DNA from: an uncultured Nitrospiraceae bacterium
GTDB taxonomy: Bacteria > Nitrospirota > Thermodesulfovibrionia > UBA6902
Length of the DNA: 62,002 nt
NCBI GenBank assembly: GCA_964393845.1
Contig: CAYMUX010000004.1
Coordinates: 1-62,002, forward strand
Reading direction: 5' to 3'
Below, in pieces: positions 30,998 through 40,308 of the stretch. Numbering within the stretch: the stretch's first letter is position 1; the number at the start of each line of letters is the position of its first letter. The notes under the pieces were generated by a model, which did not search any database, was not told where the DNA came from, and was given only the letters and a program-made list of their open reading frames with translations. The position numbers were made by a program, and so were the translations under genes.

Positions 30998-31981
30998 ATG
31001 AACCGGAGGGAATTTATATTAGCATTGACAGGGTTGGCCCTGTCGGGCAGCGCATTTGCCGGGGGGAATCCATTGCAACAATCCTCAAAAGGTCAAAAAA
31101 CAAATATCTCTCTTGTGAGAACTTCAGACAGGGCATCGGGTATTAAGAAGGCTATAAATATTCTCGGTATAAACCCTGTGAAGGGGAAGGATGTACTGCT
31201 CAAGCCGAATTTTAACACCGCAGACCCATTCCCCGGTTCCACACATAACGATACGCTGATCAACTTGATATTACACTTGAGAGAGATGGGCGCAAAAAGT
31301 ATAACAATAGGAGAGAGGAGCGGCCCGCCGGATACCTCCGATGTCTTTGAGGAAAAGGGTATCAACGATATCTGCAAAAAATTCAATGTAAGACTTATAA
31401 ACTTCGAAGACCTGCCCGGCAATGACTGGGTAAAGATAAAACCCGAACAGAGCCACTGGAAAAATGGTTTTGATGTAGCCAGACCAATCCTTGATTCAGA
31501 GTGTATCGTTTCAACCTGCTGCCTGAAGACTCACGGTTACGGCGGTGTTTTCACCATGTCTCTCAAACTGTCTGTCGGCATTACTCACAAGCGGAACATG
31601 ACAGAACTTCACTCGTCCTTCAGGAGCATGAGAAAGATGATAGCGGAGATAAATCAGGTCTATAACCCATCTCTGATATTATTGGATGCTGTAGAGGCTT
31701 TTGTTGACGGGGGGCCCATGACAGGAACTAAGAAAAGGGCTGACGTCATAATTTCCGGGACCGACAGGATCGCAATAGATGCAGTCGGACTGGCAATCCT
31801 GAAAAAACTCGGCAGCAACAAGGCTGTTATGGGAAAGAAAATTTTTGAGCAGGAGCAAATAGCAAGGGCTGTCGAACTCGGGCTCGGCGTGACACGACCG
31901 GAGGATATTGAGATAGTAACAGATGACGAAGCAAGCAAACAGTATTCAGAGAAGTTGAAAGGGATATTGTCGGAGGGGTGA
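30998..31981 (+). CDS. DUF362-like protein with Tat-type signal
   Basis: 327 aa. MNRREFILALTGLALSGSAFA looks like a twin-arginine signal. The body (VLLKPNFN..., TCCLKTHGYGG, AIDAVG) resembles DUF362. Confidence 0.65.
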   Translation: MNRREFILALTGLALSGSAFAGGNPLQQSSKGQKTNISLVRTSDRASGIKKAINILGINPVKGKDVLLKPNFNTADPFPGSTHNDTLINLILHLREMGAKSITIGERSGPPDTSDVFEEKGINDICKKFNVRLINFEDLPGNDWVKIKPEQSHWKNGFDVARPILDSECIVSTCCLKTHGYGGVFTMSLKLSVGITHKRNMTELHSSFRSMRKMIAEINQVYNPSLILLDAVEAFVDGGPMTGTKKRADVIISGTDRIAIDAVGLAILKKLGSNKAVMGKKIFEQEQIARAVELGLGVTRPEDIEIVTDDEASKQYSEKLKGILSEG

Positions 31982-32034
31982 AAAATCAATTTGTCATTTT
32001 ATAAATACCGGGAACGTTGTCATACCGGATAACG

Positions 32035-32298
32035 TTACGAAGTTAAGATATAGGCATACAATGTATAAAGCTGACAGCTCCAGCAAAGTGTATTATACGG
32101 AGTGTCATCAATATCCTGCGGCGTATGCACTGTCCACGGAGGCAATAGAGAAGGCTGAGTCCCATATACAAAATGACACGAATCACAGTCTATGTTGTTG
32201 ATCCCGAAATGAGGGTAATCGAGGGCACCCGCCTGGACCGCTATTAAGCTGATTACTATAGCTAAAATAATTGCCTTTATAATTACTGTTTCTTTCAT
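32035..32298 (-). pseudogene. truncated c-type cytochrome N-terminal fragment
   Basis: A signal-anchor is followed by ...YPHFGINNIDCDSCHFVYG...DIDDTPYNTLCWSCQ. One CXXCH is intact. The second motif reads CWSCQ and the frame stops 11 codons later. Confidence 0.45.
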
Positions 32299-32411
32299 TG
32301 TTTTTAAATTAATCATCATGCAATCTAATTTATCATTCATAATTCATAATTAACAATTTGTTGTTGTCAATCATTTCACCCTTGTGGTAAAGTATTTGCA
32401 AGAGGTTAAAT

Positions 32412-32660
32412 ATGGCATCAACTACTTTTGATACCCATTCATTTGTAAAAAAACTTAAAGAGTCAGGTTTTACCGAACAGCAAGCAGAAGCTTTGGCTGA
32501 TGCACAGTCTAAGCTTATTGATGAACGCCTTGCTACGAAACAAGATATCATGGATTTGCAACGTGATCTTAAAGAACTTGAAATGCGCCTTACTATCCGC
32601 TTAGGATCAATAGTCGCAGCCGGTATTATCATTGTAGCTGCTTTAGTCAAACTGTTATAA
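32412..32660 (+). CDS. DUF1640-like coiled-coil protein with C-terminal TM helix
   Basis: 82 aa: FDTHSFVKKLKESGFTEQQAEALADAQ...LKELEMRLTIRLGSIVAAGIIIVAALVKLL. Confidence 0.7.
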   Translation: MASTTFDTHSFVKKLKESGFTEQQAEALADAQSKLIDERLATKQDIMDLQRDLKELEMRLTIRLGSIVAAGIIIVAALVKLL

Positions 32661-32752
32661 CTTATCTTCTCCATTTCTCCTCTTCCAAATTCTGCATCTT
32701 CGCCTTTATAATTCAACATATTCATAATCCTGCTCTAACATCTTTTACTTCC

Positions 32753-33202
32753 TTATTTTTTCGGCATGTTTGGAGTTTGTTTATTATCTGTTAATTGCTT
32801 TTCATCAAGAGATGCTCTTTGAAACTCGATGTCAACGGAAGAGGACATCACTACAAAAATACGGCTGTTGTTGTCTTTCATGTCAGCAGGCGTCATAAAG
32901 AAACCATGCCGGTCCGTAGAGTAGCCCTGAGTATATCCGGTGATGCATTCACCATCAAAAAAAGTTACCTTAATCTTCCGGCCTCCACCGGGCACTGTTT
33001 CGTTATAGCTTTTTATATGATTTTTATCTCCTTCATGATCTTTAACGAAGAATATCGCCTTCAATTGGTCTACATCAACTTCTATAATTTCACCGTTAAT
33101 TTGTTCAAGATGAAAGCGTTTTTTATGCGGTAAAAAATCGTTGGTGCGGCCTTTCATTATGGTTCCGTTTATGAATTTTACTACTACCTTATTTAATTCC
33201 AT
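32753..33202 (-). CDS. hypothetical protein with two beta-rich repeats
   Basis: 149 aa with a GGAGGGA SD. VKFINGTIMKGRTNDF... and VTFFDGECITGYTQGY... look like an internal duplication. No family was recognised. Confidence 0.55.
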   Translation of the reverse strand: MELNKVVVKFINGTIMKGRTNDFLPHKKRFHLEQINGEIIEVDVDQLKAIFFVKDHEGDKNHIKSYNETVPGGGRKIKVTFFDGECITGYTQGYSTDRHGFFMTPADMKDNNSRIFVVMSSSVDIEFQRASLDEKQLTDNKQTPNMPKK

Positions 33203-33552
33203 AATTCCCTCCCTGACAGAAATTCAACATCAACGATTGAAAATTCATTAATAATAAATAGTTATAGGCTGTTTATTATTCATTACATACTCTTCTCATT
33301 TCTCCTCGGTATTTATACTGTACTCCTTTAGTGTTAATTCCTAATTTAACACTAAGGATTTGACTTGCAAGATTTATGCCTTTATGCTCCATAAAGCAAT
33401 TACGACCAATTGATTGATAATTCAGAGAGTTGTATGGATGATAGCTTTGCCTGAAATAAAGGACAGGTTAATTTTACGCAATTAGAAAGTTATATCCCGC
33501 AATAAAAAACACAAGCAGGGAGGCGGTTATCGCTGGCGCCTTTGACCTTAAG

Positions 33553-34392
33553 TCATTGGGTGAAGGCGTATAGGATACATTTGCTTATAACAGGACAGCT
33601 TCCACACTCCTTTGGCGGGGAGGAAAGCCCCTCTCTTATTCCCCGTCTTTTTTCAGATGAAAATATGTCTTTAAAGGACATAAATCGGATGTTGCCCATG
33701 GAAACGGGCAGAATAGGGCATGGGGTTACATTAAAATTACGTGATATGTATATCATGGTCTTTGCTCCGTTGCAGCCCCCTTCGTTTGGATTATCTTTTA
33801 AATAAATCAACTGCCACATAAAAGGATCATGAATCGTCAACTTAAGGCAGTCAAGCGGGATTTTTCTTATTTCTTTACTAACCCGGGACGCAGTCTCCGG
33901 GTCAGGATAAAATATCCCCCCCTCATCAACCCTCTGAATCGGGAACTTAAGCTCATTAATACTATTATCAATACAAAAGGAAATGACGGCAGGAAGGTCC
34001 TTGAAATTCTTTTCATTTAAATAAAAAGATAACCCAAACGGTAAGCCCCGGGCAATCAAACGCGATATCTCCGCCAATGAAGACTGTAAGTCCTCAAGCA
34101 GCCCAAACTCTATATACAGTTTTGTCAATTCAGTATCTTTTATAGTATCCGGATTAAACTGATCCAGCGCTGTGTTTTTCACAGTTAAATTAATTTTAAT
34201 GCGCTCGCTTCTCAATCTTTTCAGAATCCTAATGGTTTCGTTACTTAATGGAGTGGAAATGTCCCTCAAGTTTAGAACGAAGATTTTGGCTTCGATCAGT
34301 TCATCACAAATTCGCATTGCGATATCGGCATCGCATGTAGATGGATTAATGTCCCAATAAATGATGAAGGGGTTTATTAAGTTATTGTTCAT
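33553..34392 (-). CDS. SPASM-domain protein lacking the radical SAM CxxxCxxC motif (pseudo-rSAM partner)
   Basis: 279 aa. The N-terminus IIYWDINPSTCDADIAMRIC has no CxxxCxxC. The C-terminus GGCNGAKTM...TPCP...ECGSCPVISKC is SPASM/twitch-like. Confidence 0.7.
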   Translation of the reverse strand: MNNNLINPFIIYWDINPSTCDADIAMRICDELIEAKIFVLNLRDISTPLSNETIRILKRLRSERIKINLTVKNTALDQFNPDTIKDTELTKLYIEFGLLEDLQSSLAEISRLIARGLPFGLSFYLNEKNFKDLPAVISFCIDNSINELKFPIQRVDEGGIFYPDPETASRVSKEIRKIPLDCLKLTIHDPFMWQLIYLKDNPNEGGCNGAKTMIYISRNFNVTPCPILPVSMGNIRFMSFKDIFSSEKRRGIREGLSSPPKECGSCPVISKCILYAFTQ

Positions 34393-34429
34393 AGTTAGTT
34401 AATATCAAATGGATTTTGGCATTTGACAT

Positions 34430-35440
34430 TTATTCCCTGCGCCAGCAGTGCGGGTCAGGGTTGTTCATGTCTCCAGTAAGGGCAAGCGCCCTTGCAGTAC
34501 AGCCGCCGAGGCAGTCATCGTAATGCCCACAGTCAGCGCATTTACCCGTTGGAGTTTTATTTCTCATTTTTTCCAGGACAGGTGAGCTTCTCCACAAATC
34601 TTTAAGAGCGTCTCTCAAAATATTGCCTATAACTATCGGAATAAATCCACAGGGGGTTATATCCCCGTTCGACTTAATATTCAAGGAAAGCTTCCCGCAG
34701 ATGCTCCCCTTAACGATTGAATCTTTATCGTTTTTCCCCAGCAGAGCTATTATCGGATCATCTAATGATATCTCCAGTCCTCTCGTCCTTTGTTTTGCTT
34801 CCATTGCGTTACGATAGAATGAACTCCACTCTTCACTGCTTAAATCCAGGCTGTCTTTATTTGAATAACCCAGCCCGGAGCATTTGAAATTATGGAAATT
34901 CAATTGCCTGACCTGGTTCCTGACGGCAAACTCGATAAGCTCATGAATATCATTATGGTTGATCCTGCAAATAACGGTCGATATGGAGGTTTCAAGCCCT
35001 GCTTCGTTCAGGAATAACAGGGCTTGAACAGCCCGTTCATGGCTGCTTTTGATCCCCCTGAAGTCATCATGGATTTCGGCAATGTGACTATCTATGCTTA
35101 TTCCTACTTTTGAAAAGCCGCGTCTTTTGAGTTCAATCGCCTTTTCCCTGTCGAGCAGGTACCCGTTGCTGTTCATGGAGACCCGCAGGCCCAGCCTTGA
35201 AGCGTACTCTGAAATATCTGTAAGGTCCTTTCTTAAAATGGGCTCACCGCCGCCGAAATTGATTGAGAGCACACCGGCGTCAGCAACATCTTTAATGCAT
35301 TTGGAAAGCGATTCAAGAGAAAGCTCATCCAAAGGATCGTTCCTGCTGTAGCAATGGCTGCACTTGAAGTTGCACCTGTTTGTGACCGCCCAATTGATTA
35401 TGAGAGGAGCGCCTGGGAGAAAGTCATTCATATTTGACAT
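34430..35440 (-). CDS. radical SAM/SPASM domain peptide-maturase-type enzyme
   Basis: 336 aa with VTNRCNFKCSHCY (CxxxCxxC), GGEP and C-terminal CADCGHYDDCLGGCTARA. Confidence 0.9.
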   Translation of the reverse strand: MSNMNDFLPGAPLIINWAVTNRCNFKCSHCYSRNDPLDELSLESLSKCIKDVADAGVLSINFGGGEPILRKDLTDISEYASRLGLRVSMNSNGYLLDREKAIELKRRGFSKVGISIDSHIAEIHDDFRGIKSSHERAVQALLFLNEAGLETSISTVICRINHNDIHELIEFAVRNQVRQLNFHNFKCSGLGYSNKDSLDLSSEEWSSFYRNAMEAKQRTRGLEISLDDPIIALLGKNDKDSIVKGSICGKLSLNIKSNGDITPCGFIPIVIGNILRDALKDLWRSSPVLEKMRNKTPTGKCADCGHYDDCLGGCTARALALTGDMNNPDPHCWRRE

Positions 35441-35732
35441 ATTCCTTGTCTTTCAGCTCGGCGATAAATGCCTCTGCATCACTCTTCAGAACTTCTGGCT
35501 CAACATCGAATATCCTGATAAGTTCGGAAACTATTTCGTCAATTGTCTTTCCGTCACAGCGCTTCCATATCTCTGTCCCCAGAATATTAAGTGACAGCAT
35601 TTCACCGCCTGAGTAAAGGATCGAGGTCCCTATTTCCTCAACATCTTCTCCCTTTTCAAGACCTTCATAAGCCTGCGCCTTGTACTCGTCTTCTTCACGC
35701 CACATAACATCAGGATTCCTGAATATTTTCAT
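35424..35732 (-). CDS. PqqD-family (RRE-type) peptide chaperone
   Basis: 102 aa. It has NPDVMWREED...LSLNILGTEIWKRCDGKTIDEIVSELIRIFDVEPEVLKSDAEAFIAELKDKEYV. It overlaps the rSAM gene by 17 nt. Confidence 0.8.
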   Translation of the reverse strand: MKIFRNPDVMWREEDEYKAQAYEGLEKGEDVEEIGTSILYSGGEMLSLNILGTEIWKRCDGKTIDEIVSELIRIFDVEPEVLKSDAEAFIAELKDKEYVKYE

Positions 35733-35748
35733 TTATCATTCCGCCTTA

Positions 35749-36075
35749 TCAGTCGCCCTGGGCCGTTAGGGACGCGATAACAAGATTTTCCGTTGATGCA
35801 TTGCGTATGCCGTGGTCTACGAGAGCAGGGACGATCACGATCTTGCCGTTATCTATGACCTGTGTCTCCCCTGCCGCCATGAATTCTCCCCTCCCTTCCA
35901 TGACTATCCAGATATGGTTCCCGTGATGTGTATGGGTTGTTATCTCCTGTCCCGGTCTCATGCAGATAAGATTTATCTTTGAATGTTTGTCCGACCATAT
36001 TGTTTCATGGCTCCGTTTTTCTTCACTAAATTGTTTAAGCTTCGCAATGTCCAGTACCAAACTCTTGTTCTTCAT
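35749..36075 (-). CDS. cupin domain protein
   Basis: 108 aa with PGQEITTHTHHGNHIWIVMEGRGEF...VPALVDHGIRN cupin motifs. Confidence 0.8.
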   Translation of the reverse strand: MKNKSLVLDIAKLKQFSEEKRSHETIWSDKHSKINLICMRPGQEITTHTHHGNHIWIVMEGRGEFMAAGETQVIDNGKIVIVPALVDHGIRNASTENLVIASLTAQGD

Positions 36076-36150
36076 AATTCCCTCCGGTAATTTTATTTAT
36101 TTATTGCAATTCAAAATTAGCGCCATTTCAGCCTGACTCATATCAGGATG

Positions 36151-38058
36151 CTATCTTATCATTCTGTAATACCTTTCGAGAATCTCTGACATCCGGCTAA
36201 AAAAATAAAAAGACGTGGATACACGGATCTCCTCTGCATTTTCGACGGAGCCTGAGAATGTAACACCGAACCTAGAAGACAACCTGTTAGCGGCAGGAAA
36301 ATCTTTTGCCCCGTCCTGGTGTCTCCCTGCTGCAATCAATAGGCCCTTGCCATATTGAGAAAACCCGGTAATTGTTTCCAGCTCAGCATCTGAAAAATAG
36401 CATGCCGGACCTGATTCACCGAAAATGATCCAGAGCTGACTGTACTGCTCAAGCAATGATCGGGATATTTGAGGTGTTTCTTTTCTGTCCGTCAACTTTA
36501 TTTTAAAACCGTCCTTTGTCTCAATACTCTCATATGCGCTTCGACTGAAAGCGTCCCTGTCAGTTCCCGATCCACCGGCCATATTATAAATTAATATGTT
36601 TCTCGTGCTTCCCGATACATTATATTCTTCCAGCCATGCTGCGACATTTCTTATATATCTCCGGTTATCGTACTTATTTGCCGAACCTTCCATGAATCTC
36701 TCACCGCCGGAATCAAAGACAACGCCTCCCTGCCCTTCCACTGAATTGTTGTAGGTAGCGATAATACCTTTTCCGCCCGGATCCATAACAATCCTCACAT
36801 GTTTATCATGAGTCGCTTTCGTAATAACGGCCGAACCTCCTCCGGATATTGACCTGACGACCCTCAAAACAGGATTGCCGGTATCCACATATTTGGTAAA
36901 CACGAGATGCTGAAAAGAATATGCGATCAAGATAGTTCCAACGATGCATACGAAGATGTATAGAAAGAACACCCTCTTCCTGAATATCGTCCAGAACATT
37001 ATCATGGTGGGCATTGCCGTCACCGGGCCCCCTATAAGGAAGGCCAGTCCCGCCCCGCCGTTCATAGTGCCGTCAAGCGTGCTCTTGATATGGTAAAGAA
37101 TGCTCGAAGCGCTGATCTGGTGCAGGAATATGGGGACGGACCCAAAAGTGATCCATATTATGCTTAACTTGTCTTCCTGCCCGAACAGTTTATAAATCCA
37201 TTCATACGGCATATATCTCTGCACAATAATCCCCATCGCAACTCCAATGAGGACATACTTTCCTACAAGCCAGAGCATCTCCGATGACTTTGCCAGAAAG
37301 ACGATGAACATATTACCCGTCCGTGCCGCTATTCTGTTGCCGAATTTCTCCCTGCAATTGCACCTCAGTCGTTCGTCAGGATAATTATCATCATGAAAAT
37401 CACCTCTGGGGACCGCGCCTTCAATAAAAATAGTTTCTGTCTGAAAACCCTTGTTCCTGATGAGATGGGTCAGTACCCCGGCAAAAATACCCATCAAAAA
37501 CGCCGCAATAGTCCTGATCACCGTCCATTCCGGACCGAGGTCGCTGAGCGTAATCAGATATGTTGTCGGGCTCATCAGCGGAGAAGTTACAAGGAGGGAC
37601 ATAACGGGCGCTAACGGTAGTCCTGCAAACAGCAGACTTACCGCAGTCGTCAAAGTGCCGCAGGCGCACAGAGGAGTTAATAACCCTATCAGCGACGCTA
37701 AAAAAATGCTGAAGAAACCATGCCGGTTGAGAGTCCTTCTTAGTTTGACAGCGAGCTTGTATGTGCGGATGAAGCCGGCTAAAAGTATCCCGATTATAAA
37801 ATACGGCAAAATATCTTTTAATTCAGCAAGCAAACCATGTCCGTTGAAGATCATATCCCAAATCTCATTTCCCAGTAACACGGGAAACGCTTTTTGTGAT
37901 AACTCTGGTCGTACCGCCTGACCGGTCGGGCCGTAAACCCACACATGCCAAATTATCAGTAATAAAGATGCAAATACCATAAACAGGAGCGTCTTGTTAG
38001 CCGCCCTATGCGGCGTTCCGTGGACCCGGCACTCATTATTTTGTTTATTATTTTTCAT
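36151..38058 (-). CDS. ArsP/DUF318-type permease fused to a roughly 240-aa C-terminal soluble domain of unknown family
   Basis: 635 aa. The permease part has ILPYFIIGILLAGFIRTY and the vicinal-Cys motif TPLCACG. The C-terminal part (from about aa 395) has no TM segments and no motif I recognise. Confidence 0.7.
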   Translation of the reverse strand: MKNNKQNNECRVHGTPHRAANKTLLFMVFASLLLIIWHVWVYGPTGQAVRPELSQKAFPVLLGNEIWDMIFNGHGLLAELKDILPYFIIGILLAGFIRTYKLAVKLRRTLNRHGFFSIFLASLIGLLTPLCACGTLTTAVSLLFAGLPLAPVMSLLVTSPLMSPTTYLITLSDLGPEWTVIRTIAAFLMGIFAGVLTHLIRNKGFQTETIFIEGAVPRGDFHDDNYPDERLRCNCREKFGNRIAARTGNMFIVFLAKSSEMLWLVGKYVLIGVAMGIIVQRYMPYEWIYKLFGQEDKLSIIWITFGSVPIFLHQISASSILYHIKSTLDGTMNGGAGLAFLIGGPVTAMPTMIMFWTIFRKRVFFLYIFVCIVGTILIAYSFQHLVFTKYVDTGNPVLRVVRSISGGGSAVITKATHDKHVRIVMDPGGKGIIATYNNSVEGQGGVVFDSGGERFMEGSANKYDNRRYIRNVAAWLEEYNVSGSTRNILIYNMAGGSGTDRDAFSRSAYESIETKDGFKIKLTDRKETPQISRSLLEQYSQLWIIFGESGPACYFSDAELETITGFSQYGKGLLIAAGRHQDGAKDFPAANRLSSRFGVTFSGSVENAEEIRVSTSFYFFSRMSEILERYYRMIR

Positions 38059-38074
38059 TTCGTAATTCGTAATT
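38059..38074. repeat. tandem heptamer repeat (AATTACG x2)
   Basis: ttcgtaattcgtaatt fills almost the whole 14-nt gap between the YedE-like stop and the permease ATG. No SD is present there. Confidence 0.6.
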
Positions 38075-39179
38075 AATCCAGTCCCGTCTGGTACTCAGGC
38101 GCAAGCCCTTTATCTCTCTCACGATAGAGTAGTCCTATTATAAACAGAAAAACAAATCCGGCCAACACTGCAATCTTTCCCCAGAACGGGACCTCCGTGG
38201 AGGTCGCTGCGATTCCCCAGTTTTGCACAAGCGCTCCGCCGATGAGCATTCCCATCACCGCTGCTCCGGCATCGGTGTCACCCTGCCCTGAGAGTATTAA
38301 TTGTCTGAACGGGCAGCCTTTAATCAGCACTGAACCGAATCCTACAAGTCCCATTCCAAGCGCATCCCACAAATAATTTTCAGATAGACCCGCCTGTACA
38401 GTCATATCAAATGAGGCTTGCCCTGTCAGAAGATTTGCTGTCAGGGCCGTCAGGAAAAAAGAGCCGATTGCTATCAAAAGTCCGGTTGATTTCGGGCAGC
38501 CGTAAACTTCTTTCGGCCCCCATAAAAACAATCTTGCCAGTCCGCCCGTAATACAGAAGCCTGATATTTGAGCGAAGGAGCCGATAACCAATCCGAATAA
38601 CAACGACATCCAAACCGGCGCGTGAAGCGAGGCAGACCCCTTTGTGCTGGAATTGATAAACGGGGCCTGAATAATTAGCAGGACTAACAGGGTCAACATT
38701 AATACCGGGATGATAAAACCGTTTGCACGCTGAGCATCTGATGGTCTCCCGAGCCTGAAGCCCCCTTCAAGAATCTGCAAACCCGTCCAAACGCCGGCGG
38801 CAAGACCTATTGCGCCGGTAATCGCGGTAAGGTCTCCGGCAGATATTCTAAGGATCATTTTAATTGGACAGCCAACAAATACGGAACATCCGATAATCAA
38901 TAGAATGCCTACAAAAAATCTCAGGAGAGGTGAACTTCCCGATGTCGTTTTGAAATCCTTTGTCATTATTGATGTGATAAAAGAACCAAGCACAAATGCG
39001 ATGATCTCAGGCCTGATGTACTGCATGCGTATATCACTGTGCAGACCGACGGCCCCTGCAATGTTTCTCATAAAACAGGAGACACATATCCCCGTATTCG
39101 AAGGATTGCCGAAATATGAAAGCAGTACCGCCCCTATGCCGAGAATGCTCCCAGTCAATAAGAATTTTGTTTTACCCAC
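38073..39179 (-). CDS. YedE/YeeE family sulfur/selenium-compound transporter-like membrane protein
   Basis: 368 aa and polytopic. The N-terminal ...GNPSNTGICVSCFMRNIAGALGLH motif and a second CPFRQ-type half are typical of YedE/YeeE. Confidence 0.8.
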   Translation of the reverse strand: MGKTKFLLTGSILGIGAVLLSYFGNPSNTGICVSCFMRNIAGAVGLHSDIRMQYIRPEIIAFVLGSFITSIMTKDFKTTSGSSPLLRFFVGILLIIGCSVFVGCPIKMILRISAGDLTAITGAIGLAAGVWTGLQILEGGFRLGRPSDAQRANGFIIPVLMLTLLVLLIIQAPFINSSTKGSASLHAPVWMSLLFGLVIGSFAQISGFCITGGLARLFLWGPKEVYGCPKSTGLLIAIGSFFLTALTANLLTGQASFDMTVQAGLSENYLWDALGMGLVGFGSVLIKGCPFRQLILSGQGDTDAGAAVMGMLIGGALVQNWGIAATSTEVPFWGKIAVLAGFVFLFIIGLLYRERDKGLAPEYQTGLD

Positions 39180-39696
39180 AGGACCCTGCCAGCTTTCTTA
39201 AAAGATAATACACATTTTTCTTCGCCGTCTTCATATCCTGATCGCCCGGTTTTTTTGAGAGAGTCTCATTTATCCTCAACTTTGCTTCATTTATGGCAAT
39301 CTTTATTTTGTAACCCTGGAAGAACGGTGTCTTTTTATCCAGGTAATCCGGATTCAAGTCAACCGCGTCTTTATATTTATAAATGGCGCCAACAGCATCC
39401 TGCTTACGCATCATCACATCGCCCATCAGCATGTGAAGCTCCCCGTCATACGGATATTTTCCAGTCAGCTCATTCAGCAGGGCTTCTGCCTTCTGAAGGT
39501 TGTTTGTCTCTATTAGTTTTTTGAGCATGTTTAACTGATCGCCTGAAATTCCATCCGCTTCCGCTGCGTTTCTTGAGTGAGTTAATGAACTATTAATATT
39601 CTTTCCGGAATCACTGCGATATTCAGAGCTGACAACGGCAATGGCTGCAATGAATATCAGGATAAAAATTATAGAAAATTTGTCCAGCTTGTCCAT
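39172..39696 (-). CDS. TPR-like secreted/anchored protein
   Basis: 174 aa with an N-terminal TM/signal. It has the TPR-like helices ...LQKAEALLNELTGKYPYDGELHMLMGDVMMRKQDAVGAIYKYKDAVDLNPDY. Confidence 0.55.
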   Translation of the reverse strand: MDKLDKFSIIFILIFIAAIAVVSSEYRSDSGKNINSSLTHSRNAAEADGISGDQLNMLKKLIETNNLQKAEALLNELTGKYPYDGELHMLMGDVMMRKQDAVGAIYKYKDAVDLNPDYLDKKTPFFQGYKIKIAINEAKLRINETLSKKPGDQDMKTAKKNVYYLLRKLAGSCG

Positions 39697-39766
39697 ATGG
39701 CCTTATTATAATCAATTTAAACGTGTGCTTAACGGTTAGGCAAGGAAATACGGGATGAAATTATTT

Positions 39767-40081
39767 TCAATTTAGTTCCCACTCCTGAGAGAAAGTTGTT
39801 TTAAAATCTCGCGCACAATGAATGACTGCAAGTATTTCAACATGGTCGTCGTCCTTGATTCTATAAACGATCCTGTAATTTTGATAAATGACTTCCCTGA
39901 ATCCATATATTTCAAACTCAGGAACAATGCGTCCGCAGCGAGGAGACTTCTCAAGTTTTAAAGCTGCTTTGATTAGAGATTTTATGAACCGGATGGCGTA
40001 TGTTCTGGAATCATTCGCAATGAAATCATGAATTGCCTGCAAGTGGCTGCCTGCCTTTTCCGACCACTTTATTTTCCCCAT
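39767..40081 (-). CDS. RelE/ParE family type II toxin
   Basis: 104 aa. The pattern W...A...L..I.DFIA.DS...A..F...I......L...P..GR.VPE.......REVI..NYRIVYR fits the family. It overlaps the upstream antitoxin gene. Confidence 0.8.
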   Translation of the reverse strand: MGKIKWSEKAGSHLQAIHDFIANDSRTYAIRFIKSLIKAALKLEKSPRCGRIVPEFEIYGFREVIYQNYRIVYRIKDDDHVEILAVIHCARDFKTTFSQEWELN

Positions 40082-40254
40082 TGGTCAACTCTTGCAAGGA
40101 GTTCTTCAGTCGATAACAATTTCCCATCTTCAGCGTCTTTAAGACCTTCAAGAACCTGAGCAATAAAATTTATCTCATACATAATATCTTCGACAGAACA
40201 GCCGTCAGGAAGACGCTTTATAGACTGAACGGTTGCTTCCTTGAGTAAATCCAT
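40069..40254 (-). CDS. type II antitoxin (small, acidic)
   Basis: AAGGTGG SD before the ATG at 40254. The product is MDLLKEATVQSIKRLPDGCSVEDIMYEINFIAQVLEGLKDAEDGKLLSTEELLARVDQWGK. It overlaps the toxin by 13 nt. Confidence 0.6.
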   Translation of the reverse strand: MDLLKEATVQSIKRLPDGCSVEDIMYEINFIAQVLEGLKDAEDGKLLSTEELLARVDQWGK

Positions 40255-40308
40255 TTTCGACACCACCTTTCATCAAGTCTTTTCATAATTATAACAAATA
40301 TTACACCG

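Noticed and set aside
32333-32725. A 130-aa minus-strand ORF overlapping 32412..32660.
   Set aside because: The plus-strand product is a recognisable DUF1640-type coiled-coil protein with a TM tail. The minus-strand translation is Ser/Arg/Cys-rich with no features.
37451-37921. A 156-aa plus-strand ORF inside the permease fusion gene.
   Set aside because: It is antisense to a polytopic membrane protein with clear family motifs, and it has no SD.
39767-40254. The ParE/antitoxin pair as a marker of a defence island or mobile element.
   Set aside because: It is a single ordinary type II TA pair. There are no neighbouring defence genes, integrases or repeats, so there is insufficient evidence for anything beyond a stand-alone TA module.
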